Positions 50,001 through 58,614 of a stretch of 64,000 nucleotides of DNA are shown here, one piece after another; the stretch's first letter is position 1, and every line of letters begins with the position of its first letter. This DNA comes from an uncultured Gemmatimonadota bacterium (GTDB taxonomy: Bacteria; JAAXHH01). The translations under genes were made by a program, and so were the position numbers. The stretch spans positions 2,944,001 to 3,008,000 of the forward strand of contig OX638340.1 of assembly GCA_951812955.1 (NCBI GenBank). The letters run 5' to 3'. The notes under the pieces are model-generated. The model searched no databases. It was not told where the DNA came from and worked only from the letters and a program-made list of their open reading frames with translations.

Positions 50001-53000
50001 CAAAGCCTGACCATTTCGATCCGCTCGAATGTCGGCATGCCCACCGAACCGGCGTAAGCGCGGTTCGCCAGGCCGGCAGCGCCTTCGGCCGTTTCTACAT
50101 CCGCACCGTCCTGGCGGTCCATGCCGTCCAACGACGGGTCCACACCGGCCGTCGCACCGAGGATTTCGGTGTCCAGCGGTATGCGGTACATGCGCCAGCT
50201 GTCCGGATTGCCCCAGTTGGAGCGATCCAGGTCGCCGCCGGCTACGAGCACCGTGTCATCGTGGTCCGGACTCAGATTCACGGCGAATTCGAAATAGTCG
50301 TTTTGTAAGTCCAGAAAGCCGGAGTAATCGAGATCTTCGGTATCGGGCCGACGGTTCTGATCCGGATCGTTGGCATTCACTTCCGGTCCGTTGATTTTGC
50401 TGTAGTCGACCTGGTCGACCGGCACGGAGCCACCCTTCGTACCTTTGAAGTGGAAGTTGTCCCCGTGTGGATCGGGGTTGCTCACCGGATCGTAACCGGC
50501 CTCCTCTTCGTCCCTCAGACCGTCCATCCCGATGTCTTCTTCCGGTTCCAGGAGGTTGTTGCCGAATCCGCCACTCCGGTCGTCTTCCGTATCCAGACTG
50601 TCGTTACCGTTGACATCCTCGCTGATTGCCCCGAGGTCGATATGCAGTTCGCCGCGATTCCCGTTCACCCATATCTCGATGAACCGGCTGCGCGTCTGGT
50701 CCACGTTGGCCCCGGAGAGCGGATGCATCAACCCGGCCCACCTGTTCAGCACGTCGCCCTGGCCGTTTTCCCGGCCGGGCGCGCTGAAGGTCGAGTCCGC
50801 AGACAAGCCGCCCCAGCGAAGGTCGGGTTCCGTGGGATCGTATTCCATGATCAGCACGTGCTGCAACTGGTCGCGGCCCGTGACCTCGCGGGTGGGGTAA
50901 ATCTGGCGGACATCGACCTGTTCGAGGGGATTGTACCAGATCATCCGGCCCCGCTGTTGGTGTTCGTATCGATCGGGTGGGCTGGCCGGCCGCCAGCCGC
51001 TCCGGCGCACGCCCAGGTCTGTTTCCTCCTTGCTTCCTTCGAAATCGTCGATAAACCCGTCGCCCAGGATATTGGGGTTGGGAACGCTCTGAGCCAGTTC
51101 GGCCTCGATGATCAACGAGGACGATTCGTCCGCCAGGTCCGCGGGGGAGATGAAATCCACGAAGGAAGTCAGAAAGTCAGGTTCGAACGCCAGCCGCGTA
51201 TCGATCCCCCACATCATGTACCGTCCGGTTTCACGGCCGATCCGGGACTTCTGCTCCAGGGACTTGTCGGACCGGTATAGAAATGTGCCTTTAATCCAGG
51301 ACTGTTCGCTGAACTGGTATTCACCCTGAAATCCCATCAGGGTGTTCGACACAGGCTTGAAGAACGGGGCAAACTGGAACTGGACGGTCACGTCCGCATC
51401 CGGGGTCAGAGCCTCCTCGTTCGTGAAACGGATCTGCCCGACTTCGTAGAGAATGATGTAATCGGTTCCCCGCTGCAGTTGCTGGCCGTTCAATCGCACG
51501 ATTTCACTCCCCTCGATGATATTGGTCCGCCCGAGGGAGTACTGGGACAACTGGTTACGGTATTCGACTTCAAGGAAGTACTTGTTCAGCCTGCTGTGCT
51601 GGCTGAAGATCTGTTCGCTCGAAAGATTATAGAACCCGGGCGTTTCATCGGGAAGGCCTTCGCCCTGCGTATTCGGATAGGCCAGTTGGCCGGCGGATGT
51701 TACGGTCAGGGCGGGCGCGAAGGGATACTGGTCCGGGAAAATCAGTTCCCCGCGTTCGAAATTGAACAACGCATAGTCGATGTCGACGATCCGGTCGGGC
51801 TCGGAACCGGGGTCCACCCCCCTCCGGTCGAGCCCCAGCAACTGGATGAAGGGCGTCCCGTTCTCGTCGACCTCACTGTGCTCGCCCTCGGACTGCAACT
51901 GGTAGATTCTCAATTCGAAATTGTTCGGATCGATGTCCGTCTGGCCGAGGTAATACACATTCCGCCACTCGTACTGCCAGGTGTCCCACTGGGCGGGATC
52001 GTCCGGGGCGGCGGGAGGGCGCTCCTGCTGCCGCTTGAGCAGGCGCAGCAGCGGGACGTCGCCTTCCAGTCGGCCGTACTTTTTGACTTCTCCGTTCTGG
52101 TTCACGGTCTCGTAGTATACTCCGAGCATGTCGTCTTCTTGCAAGGGCGTGTTCAACGCGATGTAGCCGAATTGCTGGTTTACGTAGAATTCGTCGGATT
52201 CCAGGTACCTGAACTTCCCTTCCACGAATTCACCCGCCTCGGAACCCTGGATGAGCACATCCTCCGAGTCGTACACGGGGGGATCCGGATAGGCATTGGC
52301 ATTGACCAGCTTGGCCTGGTTGGTCAGGGTGAGCCGTCCCGACACGTAGACCTGGATGACACGCACCGAGTCATCGGGCGCGACGCGGGACCCGTTTACG
52401 TCCCTGCGCGAGAAATCGCGGCGGTACTGCTCATCAATGAAATAGTAGGTCCTGCGCCTGAAGTCGAGGTCCCGGATCACCCGCTGAGACCCTTTGGTCC
52501 CGGCCTGGAACGTGGCGGATTCTCCTTCTCCCTTCTCCTGGCTGGCGATCGCGGTCAGGTGGAAGCTGCCGAGTTGGCCCGTCATTTTGACTCCAAACAA
52601 TCCGGTGTGCTGCTGCGTATAGCCCGTGAACTCCGTGTTCTTCAGATCGAGAGAAACGTTTCCAGCCTCGAAACTCTTCAGGATGCCGTTCCCATCCCGG
52701 CCGTCGTCGTAAACGTCCTGGTACCGAATGGCAAGGTTGTTGTCGAGGTCGGTGAACGCTTCGCTGTTCTGCTTGATGTTCACCTCGACCTTCTGGCCTA
52801 TGTTCCCGGAAACGGTAAACTCCTGGTTCTGCTTCATGGAAATGTTCGGTGCGCGAGAGAACCGGTTTGTCGCCGTACTCGCGCTGCCTTCCGTCCATTC
52901 GCTGGCCATGTCCATCTCGATGCGCTGGTTTCCGAGAATACGAATAACGGGCGTGCCGCCGCCCAGAAAAGTAGGCAGGTTCACCGGCAGATCGAGGGTC

Positions 53001-53401
53001 AGAAGGCCTTCCTGGCTCAGTCGGGTTTCGGTGTCGAAGACGTAGGACAGCACGGACGTTCGCCACAGTTTTTTGAATTGAGCCGCACTGCGAAGTCGGT
53101 AATATTGGTCAAAAGAGAGGACCAGGGGCACGCGGCGGCCAAGCCCCCGTTCTGCGTCTATGAAAGCCAGTAGCAGGAGGTCGGGATAGACGACGGTCCG
53201 GCCGCCCAAAGGCAACGGCCGGTCGGAGAGGGTACGCAGTGCCGGTCTGTTTTGCCCGCGGGCGATTTCGTCGACCTCATCGAAAGCAACGACGTGCAGG
53301 CGTGCGCTTTCGAGCCGGATCGCCGGGCCTTCCGCCAGTGCGGAGAAGGTCCACAGGGATATCAGCACGTGGCTGAAGACAATCGGACAAATGCGTTTCA
53401 T
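47099..53401 (-). CDS. sprA: Giant outer-membrane protein, SprA-like (T9SS translocon / gliding-motility cell-surface protein SprA family)
   Basis: 2100 aa with a signal peptide. Long beta-rich sequence of SprA character, ending in an aromatic beta-barrel C-terminus (..WTEFVFN). Plus-strand ORFs in this span are shadows. Confidence 0.6.
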   Translation of the reverse strand: MKRICPIVFSHVLISLWTFSALAEGPAIRLESARLHVVAFDEVDEIARGQNRPALRTLSDRPLPLGGRTVVYPDLLLLAFIDAERGLGRRVPLVLSFDQYYRLRSAAQFKKLWRTSVLSYVFDTETRLSQEGLLTLDLPVNLPTFLGGGTPVIRILGNQRIEMDMASEWTEGSASTATNRFSRAPNISMKQNQEFTVSGNIGQKVEVNIKQNSEAFTDLDNNLAIRYQDVYDDGRDGNGILKSFEAGNVSLDLKNTEFTGYTQQHTGLFGVKMTGQLGSFHLTAIASQEKGEGESATFQAGTKGSQRVIRDLDFRRRTYYFIDEQYRRDFSRRDVNGSRVAPDDSVRVIQVYVSGRLTLTNQAKLVNANAYPDPPVYDSEDVLIQGSEAGEFVEGKFRYLESDEFYVNQQFGYIALNTPLQEDDMLGVYYETVNQNGEVKKYGRLEGDVPLLRLLKRQQERPPAAPDDPAQWDTWQYEWRNVYYLGQTDIDPNNFELRIYQLQSEGEHSEVDENGTPFIQLLGLDRRGVDPGSEPDRIVDIDYALFNFERGELIFPDQYPFAPALTVTSAGQLAYPNTQGEGLPDETPGFYNLSSEQIFSQHSRLNKYFLEVEYRNQLSQYSLGRTNIIEGSEIVRLNGQQLQRGTDYIILYEVGQIRFTNEEALTPDADVTVQFQFAPFFKPVSNTLMGFQGEYQFSEQSWIKGTFLYRSDKSLEQKSRIGRETGRYMMWGIDTRLAFEPDFLTSFVDFISPADLADESSSLIIEAELAQSVPNPNILGDGFIDDFEGSKEETDLGVRRSGWRPASPPDRYEHQQRGRMIWYNPLEQVDVRQIYPTREVTGRDQLQHVLIMEYDPTEPDLRWGGLSADSTFSAPGRENGQGDVLNRWAGLMHPLSGANVDQTRSRFIEIWVNGNRGELHIDLGAISEDVNGNDSLDTEDDRSGGFGNNLLEPEEDIGMDGLRDEEEAGYDPVSNPDPHGDNFHFKGTKGGSVPVDQVDYSKINGPEVNANDPDQNRRPDTEDLDYSGFLDLQNDYFEFAVNLSPDHDDTVLVAGGDLDRSNWGNPDSWRMYRIPLDTEILGATAGVDPSLDGMDRQDGADVETAEGAAGLANRAYAGSVGMPTFERIEMVRLWITEVDEPVKTRIASINIVGNQWQEDFTGAITDSTGNPVPASALSAAGETFDVAVKNTYDNPGEYTSPPGAIIEYDRVTGLQNKEQSLIITYTNLQPHHSAQAYRTLFSDQDYTLYNTLRLYIHGSDNFEPGRSPEFFIRFGSGEFDYYEYRTRVLPGWDEANHLRVVFDDLTVLKSETETARRTVTTTDTTYAVTLSDGISRPVRFKDGPRNEGLTLAIVELEGNRQYRVLGSPALARVRHITVGIYNPYDQVLVGGELWLDELRAGDVRRDRGLAGRLKFDADLADVLSVFGTVRSVGSHFRRIGGEESGSRSTLINFSSLLNLGNMLPEDWGLSIPLRLRWKNDLRLPRLQVGSDIVLLNQEQREAQRTENNDRSFSASFSKRIGSRNPFVAWTLERFRFDFTSTSYFRHSVSRIDTSGSYRARLHYNLTPRSKIQWPILRWMPLPESISGLTFNPLPVRLELFSEVNRDRRIYLNRARQSVVAGNTGETEAASTDRGERFIRYLNRNIRAIMEPFGSLRMNYNLAVSNDMKSDSTVSFTKLEFGPETSYRQNLGVDYRPGITTWFRPSYNFTTSYAENRNPQLQLVGASPSARTITFSNQQGVRTNVNLARMVSNVLGESSRRSSPEDAGWFRRNVSDRLAAVLSNFTPVTLNYTISRNQNFFNAVSRPTLRERMGLSDSFSVLFDTLGSGGGVTGIQRNQESEANRSSFNLGTGIRLRGATLSIRPTWVSTHNRSSNLNRKQNNTTWPEVNLRWSPNLRSMGDFGRSFRRIELSSGYSRRKGKNTDLGQVAPAVAQGSAGDTDPGEAGITRTTTTSLSPLIGFVFDLNAGVVIRGNFTTLDGLTEFGRNATDQKQQNRSLTVAVDYRLRSGIRIFGKRTSGDINARLQYTRNTNETLISRIAGDFQPSNGQNQNRFSVTTDYRFSRYIRGGVTLEFTNTLNVITRQKRIRRGGGLWTEFVFN

Positions 53402-53596
53402 AGATTAACGAAAATAAACCGGGGGAGCGACACTCGCAACACCTGATCATACGTTGGAAGGACGCCCGGCGGGTACCTCGCGTTCCATGGCGGGAACCCG
53501 GAGGTAAAAGACTTGACAGGGACCGGAGCCGGGATTAGGGTACACGGGAACCGCTCGGAATCCGATTTCAATAAAGAACCCCGGAGTTCGCTTCCC

Positions 53597-53713
53597 ATGG
53601 AACAGCAAACCGCCGAATTGACCACGGGTGGATGGGTCTTTCTCGTGATCGCATGGACCGTGATCACAGGGTTGACCGCCGCTTGTTTTCTCCGGGTAAG
53701 AAAGCTGAAATAG
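53597..53713 (+). CDS. Possible small membrane protein (38 aa)
   Basis: A GGAG lies 9 nt upstream of the ATG. One TM helix (WVFLVIAWTVITGLTAACFL). Confidence 0.3.
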   Translation: MEQQTAELTTGGWVFLVIAWTVITGLTAACFLRVRKLK

Positions 53714-53903
53714 GATTCTGCCCCCGCCAGGTTGTCCTGGGGTCTCCCGTTTCGTCTTCCAGTCCGCCTCCCTCTCCGCCTTAAATCGCTGCCGATCCTC
53801 CGGCGTCGATTACCAGCCGTCAGCCCCGAACCACGTGCTTCGAACAACGCGTCATCCCGTCCCGAACGCGGCATGCCGTCCCATTCTAAATGCGCGCCCT
53901 GCT

Positions 53904-53932
53904 TGACATTTGGGCGTTTTTGCCGTATCCTG
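53904..53932 (+). promoter_or_regulatory. Sigma70-like promoter (TTGACA-17-TATCCT) upstream of moaD
   Basis: Consensus -35 with 17-nt spacer ~45 nt upstream of the ATG at 53976. AAAGGA RBS. Confidence 0.45.
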
Positions 53933-53975
53933 TAACGGTTTTCCCGACTTGGAATGATGCCTGCAAAGGACAGCC

Positions 53976-54233
53976 ATGCGGATCATCGTCAAATGTTTCG
54001 CCGGGTGCAGAGACGCGGTAGGCTCGACATCGGTCTCCGTGGAGTTCCCGGACGGCACCACCGTGGGCGAGGCCTTTGCGGAGCTCATTGATTCATATCC
54101 CGCACTGGCGAGTTATGACCGGAGCGTGATGCTGGCCGTGAACCGCGATTACGCCGACCGGCAGGTCGTGCTCGCGGATGGCGACGAACTGGCGTGCATT
54201 CCGCCTGTGAGCGGCGGCGCTACACGGCGTTGA
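53976..54233 (+). CDS. moaD: MoaD/ThiS-family sulfur carrier protein with 4-residue extension after the Gly-Gly (..PPVSGG-ATRR)
   Basis: Beta-grasp MoaD-like sequence. The codons after GG were read directly: gct aca cgg cgt tga. Confidence 0.7.
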   Translation: MRIIVKCFAGCRDAVGSTSVSVEFPDGTTVGEAFAELIDSYPALASYDRSVMLAVNRDYADRQVVLADGDELACIPPVSGGATRR

Positions 54234-54317
54234 CGCGGATCAGCAGAGGCTGATTCAGTCACCGGCGTTTACGCGGTTCAGCGGCGGCAGTCTTCGATAA
54301 AGGACGAAATCAGGCCC

Positions 54318-54731
54318 GTGTACAAGATCATTGACGAATACATCAAGCCGGATGCCCTCTTCGAGTGGTCCCTCAAGCCCCATCACGGCGCAGTAGTCAC
54401 CTTCGCCGGTACCGTGCGGGACAATACGGATGGCCGGCGGACGCTGCGGCTGGAATACGAGGCCTATGCCGAGATGGCCGAAGCCAAGATGCGGGAAGTG
54501 GGCGCGGAAATCCGCGAAAGATGGGGTATTGAAGACGTCGCCATGATTCATCGGGTCGGCACACTCGAAATCGGGGAGATCAGCATCCTGATCTCCGTGG
54601 CGTCCCCTCACCGCAAGAACGCATTCGAGGCCTGTTCCTACGCGATCGACCGCGTCAAGCAGATCGTGCCCGTCTGGAAGAAGGAAATCTGGGCAGACGG
54701 GGAGCGGGAATGGGTGGAACGTAATACCTGA
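54318..54731 (+). CDS. moaE: Molybdopterin synthase catalytic subunit MoaE
   Basis: VVTFAGTVRD ... HRVGTLEIGEISILISVASPHRKNAFEACSYAIDRVKQIVPVWKKE are MoaE blocks. GTG start. Confidence 0.85.
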   Translation: MYKIIDEYIKPDALFEWSLKPHHGAVVTFAGTVRDNTDGRRTLRLEYEAYAEMAEAKMREVGAEIRERWGIEDVAMIHRVGTLEIGEISILISVASPHRKNAFEACSYAIDRVKQIVPVWKKEIWADGEREWVERNT

Positions 54732-54746
54732 AATCCGGTCCCTGTC

Positions 54747-55898
54747 ATGATAAACCTAGACCACGGCGCGGCGCCGCCGGTTGACTCCCGTGTCATCGAA
54801 GAGATGGCGCCCTGCCTCCGCGAATACACCGGCAATCCTTCAAGCCTTCACCAGGCGGGTGCGCTTGCGCGCAACGTACTGGAACTGGCACGCGGCCGGG
54901 TCTCGGCACTGATCGGTGCCGATCCCGGCGAGATCGTATTCACCGCAAACGGAACGGAAGCGGACAACCTGGCCGTCAAGGGCCTGGCCCAGGCGAGAGC
55001 GAATCACGGGCGGCACATCGTCATTTCCAGTATCGAGCATCATGCCGTGCTGTATGCCGCGAAGGCGATGGAACGACAGGGATTCACGGTCACCCAGGTT
55101 CCGGCGGACGGGGACGGCATCGTGCCGCCCGACGGGATTGCGCGGGCCATGCGGGACGACACCATCCTCGTCTCCGTTACGCTCGCTAACGACGAAACAG
55201 GTACGATACAGCCCGTGCGCGAAATCGCCGAGATCGCCCACGGCAACGGTGCGGTCATCCATTCCGATGCCGTGGCCGCGATGGGGCGCCTGCCTGTAGA
55301 TGTTCACGATTTAGAGGTCGATGCCTTGTCCATTTCCGCCCGACCCCTGAACGGCCCGCCCGGCGCCGGCGCCCTCTATGTGAAGGAGGGTACCCGGCTT
55401 CGTCCCCAGGTGGAAGGGGGCGTGCAGGAAGACGGCCGCCGCGGCGGACATGAGAACATCCCCGCAATCGTGGGTTTCGGCAGGGCGGCGGAACTGGCGG
55501 CGGTGGAGTTGCCGGCCCGGATCGACCGATTGAAGCGGCTGGATGCATCGATGTTTCTTGGCCTGAAGGACCGCCTGCCGGATGTCTCCATCAATGGGCA
55601 CGAGACCCTGCGTCTGCCCGGGCACCTGAACCTGTGGATACCGGAGGTCGACGGGGAATCCCTGGTCCTGATGCTCGACGCCCGGGGGATTGCCGCTTCC
55701 GTTGGATCCTCCTGCACCGCCCAGGTGTCCAAGCCGTCCCACGTGCTTCTGGCCCTGGGACGGACGGCGGCCGAAGCCCGCTGCTCGCTGCTGCTCACCG
55801 CCGGTCCGGACACGGCCGAAGGCGAGGTCGGCGAGGCACTTGACGCCCTGACCGAGGTCGTGGGAGCGTTGCGGGCCATCGCGGGTGTGAGCGCATGA
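54747..55898 (+). CDS. Cysteine desulfurase (NifS/IscS) homolog lacking the PLP Schiff-base lysine (SISARP in place of SFSGHK)
   Basis: Collinear with E. coli IscS across the full length (IVFTANGTEADNLAVKG, AMRDDTILVSV, HSDA, GSSCTAQ...PSHVL). At the PLP site the DNA reads tcc att tcc gcc cga ccc = S-I-S-A-R-P. Confidence 0.7.
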   Translation: MINLDHGAAPPVDSRVIEEMAPCLREYTGNPSSLHQAGALARNVLELARGRVSALIGADPGEIVFTANGTEADNLAVKGLAQARANHGRHIVISSIEHHAVLYAAKAMERQGFTVTQVPADGDGIVPPDGIARAMRDDTILVSVTLANDETGTIQPVREIAEIAHGNGAVIHSDAVAAMGRLPVDVHDLEVDALSISARPLNGPPGAGALYVKEGTRLRPQVEGGVQEDGRRGGHENIPAIVGFGRAAELAAVELPARIDRLKRLDASMFLGLKDRLPDVSINGHETLRLPGHLNLWIPEVDGESLVLMLDARGIAASVGSSCTAQVSKPSHVLLALGRTAAEARCSLLLTAGPDTAEGEVGEALDALTEVVGALRAIAGVSA

Positions 55899-56128
55899 TG
55901 AGGCCGGCAATGACCCTGGATACATTCGGCCTGCTCTGTCCCGTGCCGATCATGAAAACCGCGTCGGCCATCCGGGAGATCTCCGTGGGCGAAGTCCTGG
56001 AAGTGCTGGCAGACGATCCCCAGATCCTGGAGGACATGCCGGCCTGGTGCGCGAGTAATGGACACGCGCTGCTCGACACCATAGAGGAAAACGAGGAATT
56101 CAAACTATACGTGCGAAAGGTAAAGTGA
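55895..56128 (+). CDS. TusA-like sulfurtransferase (SirA/YedF/YeeD family)
   Basis: 77 aa with a conserved LCPVPIM (C-P-x-P) motif. A 4-nt overlap with the upstream gene. Confidence 0.8.
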   Translation: MMRPAMTLDTFGLLCPVPIMKTASAIREISVGEVLEVLADDPQILEDMPAWCASNGHALLDTIEENEEFKLYVRKVK

Positions 56129-56232
56129 TTGCTCTGGCGTATCGCCGGATGTAGATTGCGCATCGAGATTCAGTTCGCGCGAAAGAATTTAGTAGGAACG
56201 AAACGCCGATATGCCACCGGTAGGAGAAAAAG

Positions 56233-57318
56233 ATGGCCCATGAAGTGACCATGCGGGACGTGGTGGACCGACTGAAGCAGATCATGTACCCGGGATTCGA
56301 CCGCGACATCGTCTCCTTCGGCCTGGTTAAGAACGTACAGGCCTCCGGCGGCCACGTGGCCTTCAGCCTGGCCTTTTCCACGCAGGACGAAGCTTTGCGG
56401 CGTCAGATCACCATGACGGCGAAAGAAGCGGTGGAGCGCATTCCCGGTGTGCACGACGTGCAGATCACCGGTCCGCCGCCGGGACAATCGGCCACGGCAC
56501 AGGGCCCCGCGGCGGGGCAATCGGGACAGCCCGGACAGCCCGGGCAGCCCGGCAAGATCGAACTGCCCGGCGTAAAGACCATCGTGGCAGTGGCCAGCGG
56601 CAAGGGCGGCGTGGGCAAATCCACGGTCTCGGTGAACCTGTCGGTGGCCCTGGCCGACGCCGGCGCGAGCGTGGGCTTGCTCGATGCAGATATTTACGGC
56701 CCCAGCATACCGACGATGATGGGCGTCAAGGACCAGCCCGGGGTGGTCGGTCAGAAAATCCTGCCCATGATCGCCCACGACATAAAGATGATGTCCTTCG
56801 GCTTCCTGATCCCGGAGGACCAGTCGGTCACCTGGCGCGGACCCATGGTCCACCAGGCCGTGCAGCAACTGCTGCGCGACGTCCTGTGGGGAGAACTGGA
56901 CTGCCTCGTCATCGACATGCCGCCGGGCACGGGAGACGCGCACCTTACGCTTACCCAGTCCGTGCCACTGACCGGCGGTCTGGTAGTAACGACGCCGCAG
57001 GACGTGGCCCTCATCGACGCGCGGCGCGGCGTGGCCATGTTCCAGCAGGTCAACGTACCCATACTCGGCATCATCGAAAACATGAGCTATTTCAAATGTC
57101 CCCACTGCGGCGACCGTACGGATATCTTCACGACGGGCGGAGGGAGAAAGGCCAGCGAAGCGCTGGGCGTGCCCTTCGTCGGCGAATTGCCCATCGATCC
57201 GGCGGTCTGCCTGGCGGGCGACCAGGGTACCCCCATCGTCCGGAGGGAACCGGACTCGCAGCAGACGGATGCCTTCCGCCAGGTGGCGGACACGTTGCGG
57301 CAATCGATCGGGGTATAA
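56233..57318 (+). CDS. apbC: Mrp/NBP35 (ApbC) Fe-S cluster carrier ATPase with N-terminal MIP18/DUF59 domain and internal (QPG)n insert
   Basis: Deviant Walker A (ASGKGGVGKST), a C-x-x-C motif (FKCPHCG) and an N-terminal DUF59. Confidence 0.85.
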   Translation: MAHEVTMRDVVDRLKQIMYPGFDRDIVSFGLVKNVQASGGHVAFSLAFSTQDEALRRQITMTAKEAVERIPGVHDVQITGPPPGQSATAQGPAAGQSGQPGQPGQPGKIELPGVKTIVAVASGKGGVGKSTVSVNLSVALADAGASVGLLDADIYGPSIPTMMGVKDQPGVVGQKILPMIAHDIKMMSFGFLIPEDQSVTWRGPMVHQAVQQLLRDVLWGELDCLVIDMPPGTGDAHLTLTQSVPLTGGLVVTTPQDVALIDARRGVAMFQQVNVPILGIIENMSYFKCPHCGDRTDIFTTGGGRKASEALGVPFVGELPIDPAVCLAGDQGTPIVRREPDSQQTDAFRQVADTLRQSIGV

Positions 57319-57332
57319 AGGGGAAAGCGACC

Positions 57333-58373
57333 ATGTCCAAATCCGTGAAAGCAGTCGGACTGCTGTCCGGCGGCCTGGACAGTACGATCGCGGCCGCCAT
57401 GCTGATGCGCCAGGGCATCGAAGTCCAGGGACTCACGTTCTACACCGGTTTCTGCGTGGTGGAACACAATCGAAGGTCCAAGACGCGGAAGCGCAAGAAA
57501 CCGGTGCGCAACGAGGCCCTGCAGGCCGGCGCCAAACTGGACTTGCCCGTGGAGATGATCGACATATCGGGACCGGACTACCTCAAGGTACTCACTGATC
57601 CCAAATACGGATACGGCTCGGCCGTGAACCCGTGTATCGACTGCCGCATTTTCATGTTCCGGCGTGCCCGTCAGTACATGGACGAGATCGGCGCCCAGTT
57701 CATGTTTACCGGCGAGGTCCTCGGACAGCGGCCCATGTCACAGCGCCGCCAGCCCATGAATGTCATCGACCGGGACGCGGAGCTGGACGGCCTGCTGCTG
57801 CGGCCGCTTTCCGCCAAGAAGCTGCCGCCCACGGTGCCGGAAGAGAAGGGGTGGGTCGACCGGGAGCAACTGGGCGACATCCAGGGCCGTTCCAGGCAGC
57901 AACAGATGGAGCTGGCCGAGGAGTACGGCATCGAGGACTATCCATCCCCCGCGGGTGGATGCTGCTTTCTGACCGACAAGAACTTCGGCCGGCGCATCCT
58001 CGACTTCTTCGAACACGAGGGCAAAGAGAACCTGACCATGGACGACGTGATGCTGCTCAAGATCGGCCGCCACTTCCGCGTCAAGCCCGACGTGAAGGTG
58101 GTGATGGGCAGGGAAGAAGGGGAGAACAAGTTCCTCGAACGCTACACGCCCGGCCGGTGGAGACTGGAGACGAAGGACGTCACGGGTCCGACCACCCTCG
58201 TCGAGGGCCATCCTACCGACGACGACCTCCGGCGGATCGCCGGCATGACCGTACGGTACGCGGGGTCGAAGGCCGATCCCGGCGCCACAGTGGCCTGCCG
58301 CTACGAAGATTCCGAGCGCACCCTCGAGCCGTCCCCGGTGGAAGAGTCTGTTGTGGAGGAATGGCGGATATAG
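57333..58373 (+). CDS. ThiI-like PP-loop ATP pyrophosphatase lacking THUMP domain, with ~100-aa uncharacterised C-terminal extension
   Basis: LLSGGLDST PP-loop; FTGEVLGQRPMSQ and LLRPL blocks align to the E. coli ThiI adenylation domain. Confidence 0.6.
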   Translation: MSKSVKAVGLLSGGLDSTIAAAMLMRQGIEVQGLTFYTGFCVVEHNRRSKTRKRKKPVRNEALQAGAKLDLPVEMIDISGPDYLKVLTDPKYGYGSAVNPCIDCRIFMFRRARQYMDEIGAQFMFTGEVLGQRPMSQRRQPMNVIDRDAELDGLLLRPLSAKKLPPTVPEEKGWVDREQLGDIQGRSRQQQMELAEEYGIEDYPSPAGGCCFLTDKNFGRRILDFFEHEGKENLTMDDVMLLKIGRHFRVKPDVKVVMGREEGENKFLERYTPGRWRLETKDVTGPTTLVEGHPTDDDLRRIAGMTVRYAGSKADPGATVACRYEDSERTLEPSPVEESVVEEWRI

Positions 58374-58581
58374 GGTATAACGAATTGCCGGCCTGAGAAG
58401 TCATCAGCGTGCAAATCGACCATAAAACCCACTTGCCTGACAGCTCTAAAGCCGGATAACCGGTTTTTGTTCGCTAGATTGTGAATACCAATCTCGACTG
58501 AAATAAGTAGCTATATTGAGGCTACAAGGAGATCGTTCATTGTGAATGCTGTTACAGTGAAGAATCTCCTCTTGTTCGCTA

Positions 58582-58610
58582 TTGACAAGTGATTATTGTC
58601 ACTTTACATT
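58582..58610 (+). promoter_or_regulatory. Promoter (TTGACA-17-TACATT) with embedded inverted repeat TGACAA..TTGTCA, candidate HigA operator
   Basis: Lies immediately upstream of the higB start (58615), in a low-GC patch. Confidence 0.4.
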
Positions 58611-58614
58611 CTGA

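Noticed and set aside
49511-53173. Plus-strand ORFs 49511..50308, 50450..51280, 51479..53173
   Set aside because: They are antisense shadows of the 2100-aa SprA-like gene.
53714-53975. Possible Moco riboswitch upstream of moaD
   Set aside because: The best promoter lies only ~45 nt upstream of the ATG, leaving no room for a ~130-nt Moco aptamer. I recognised no conserved motif.
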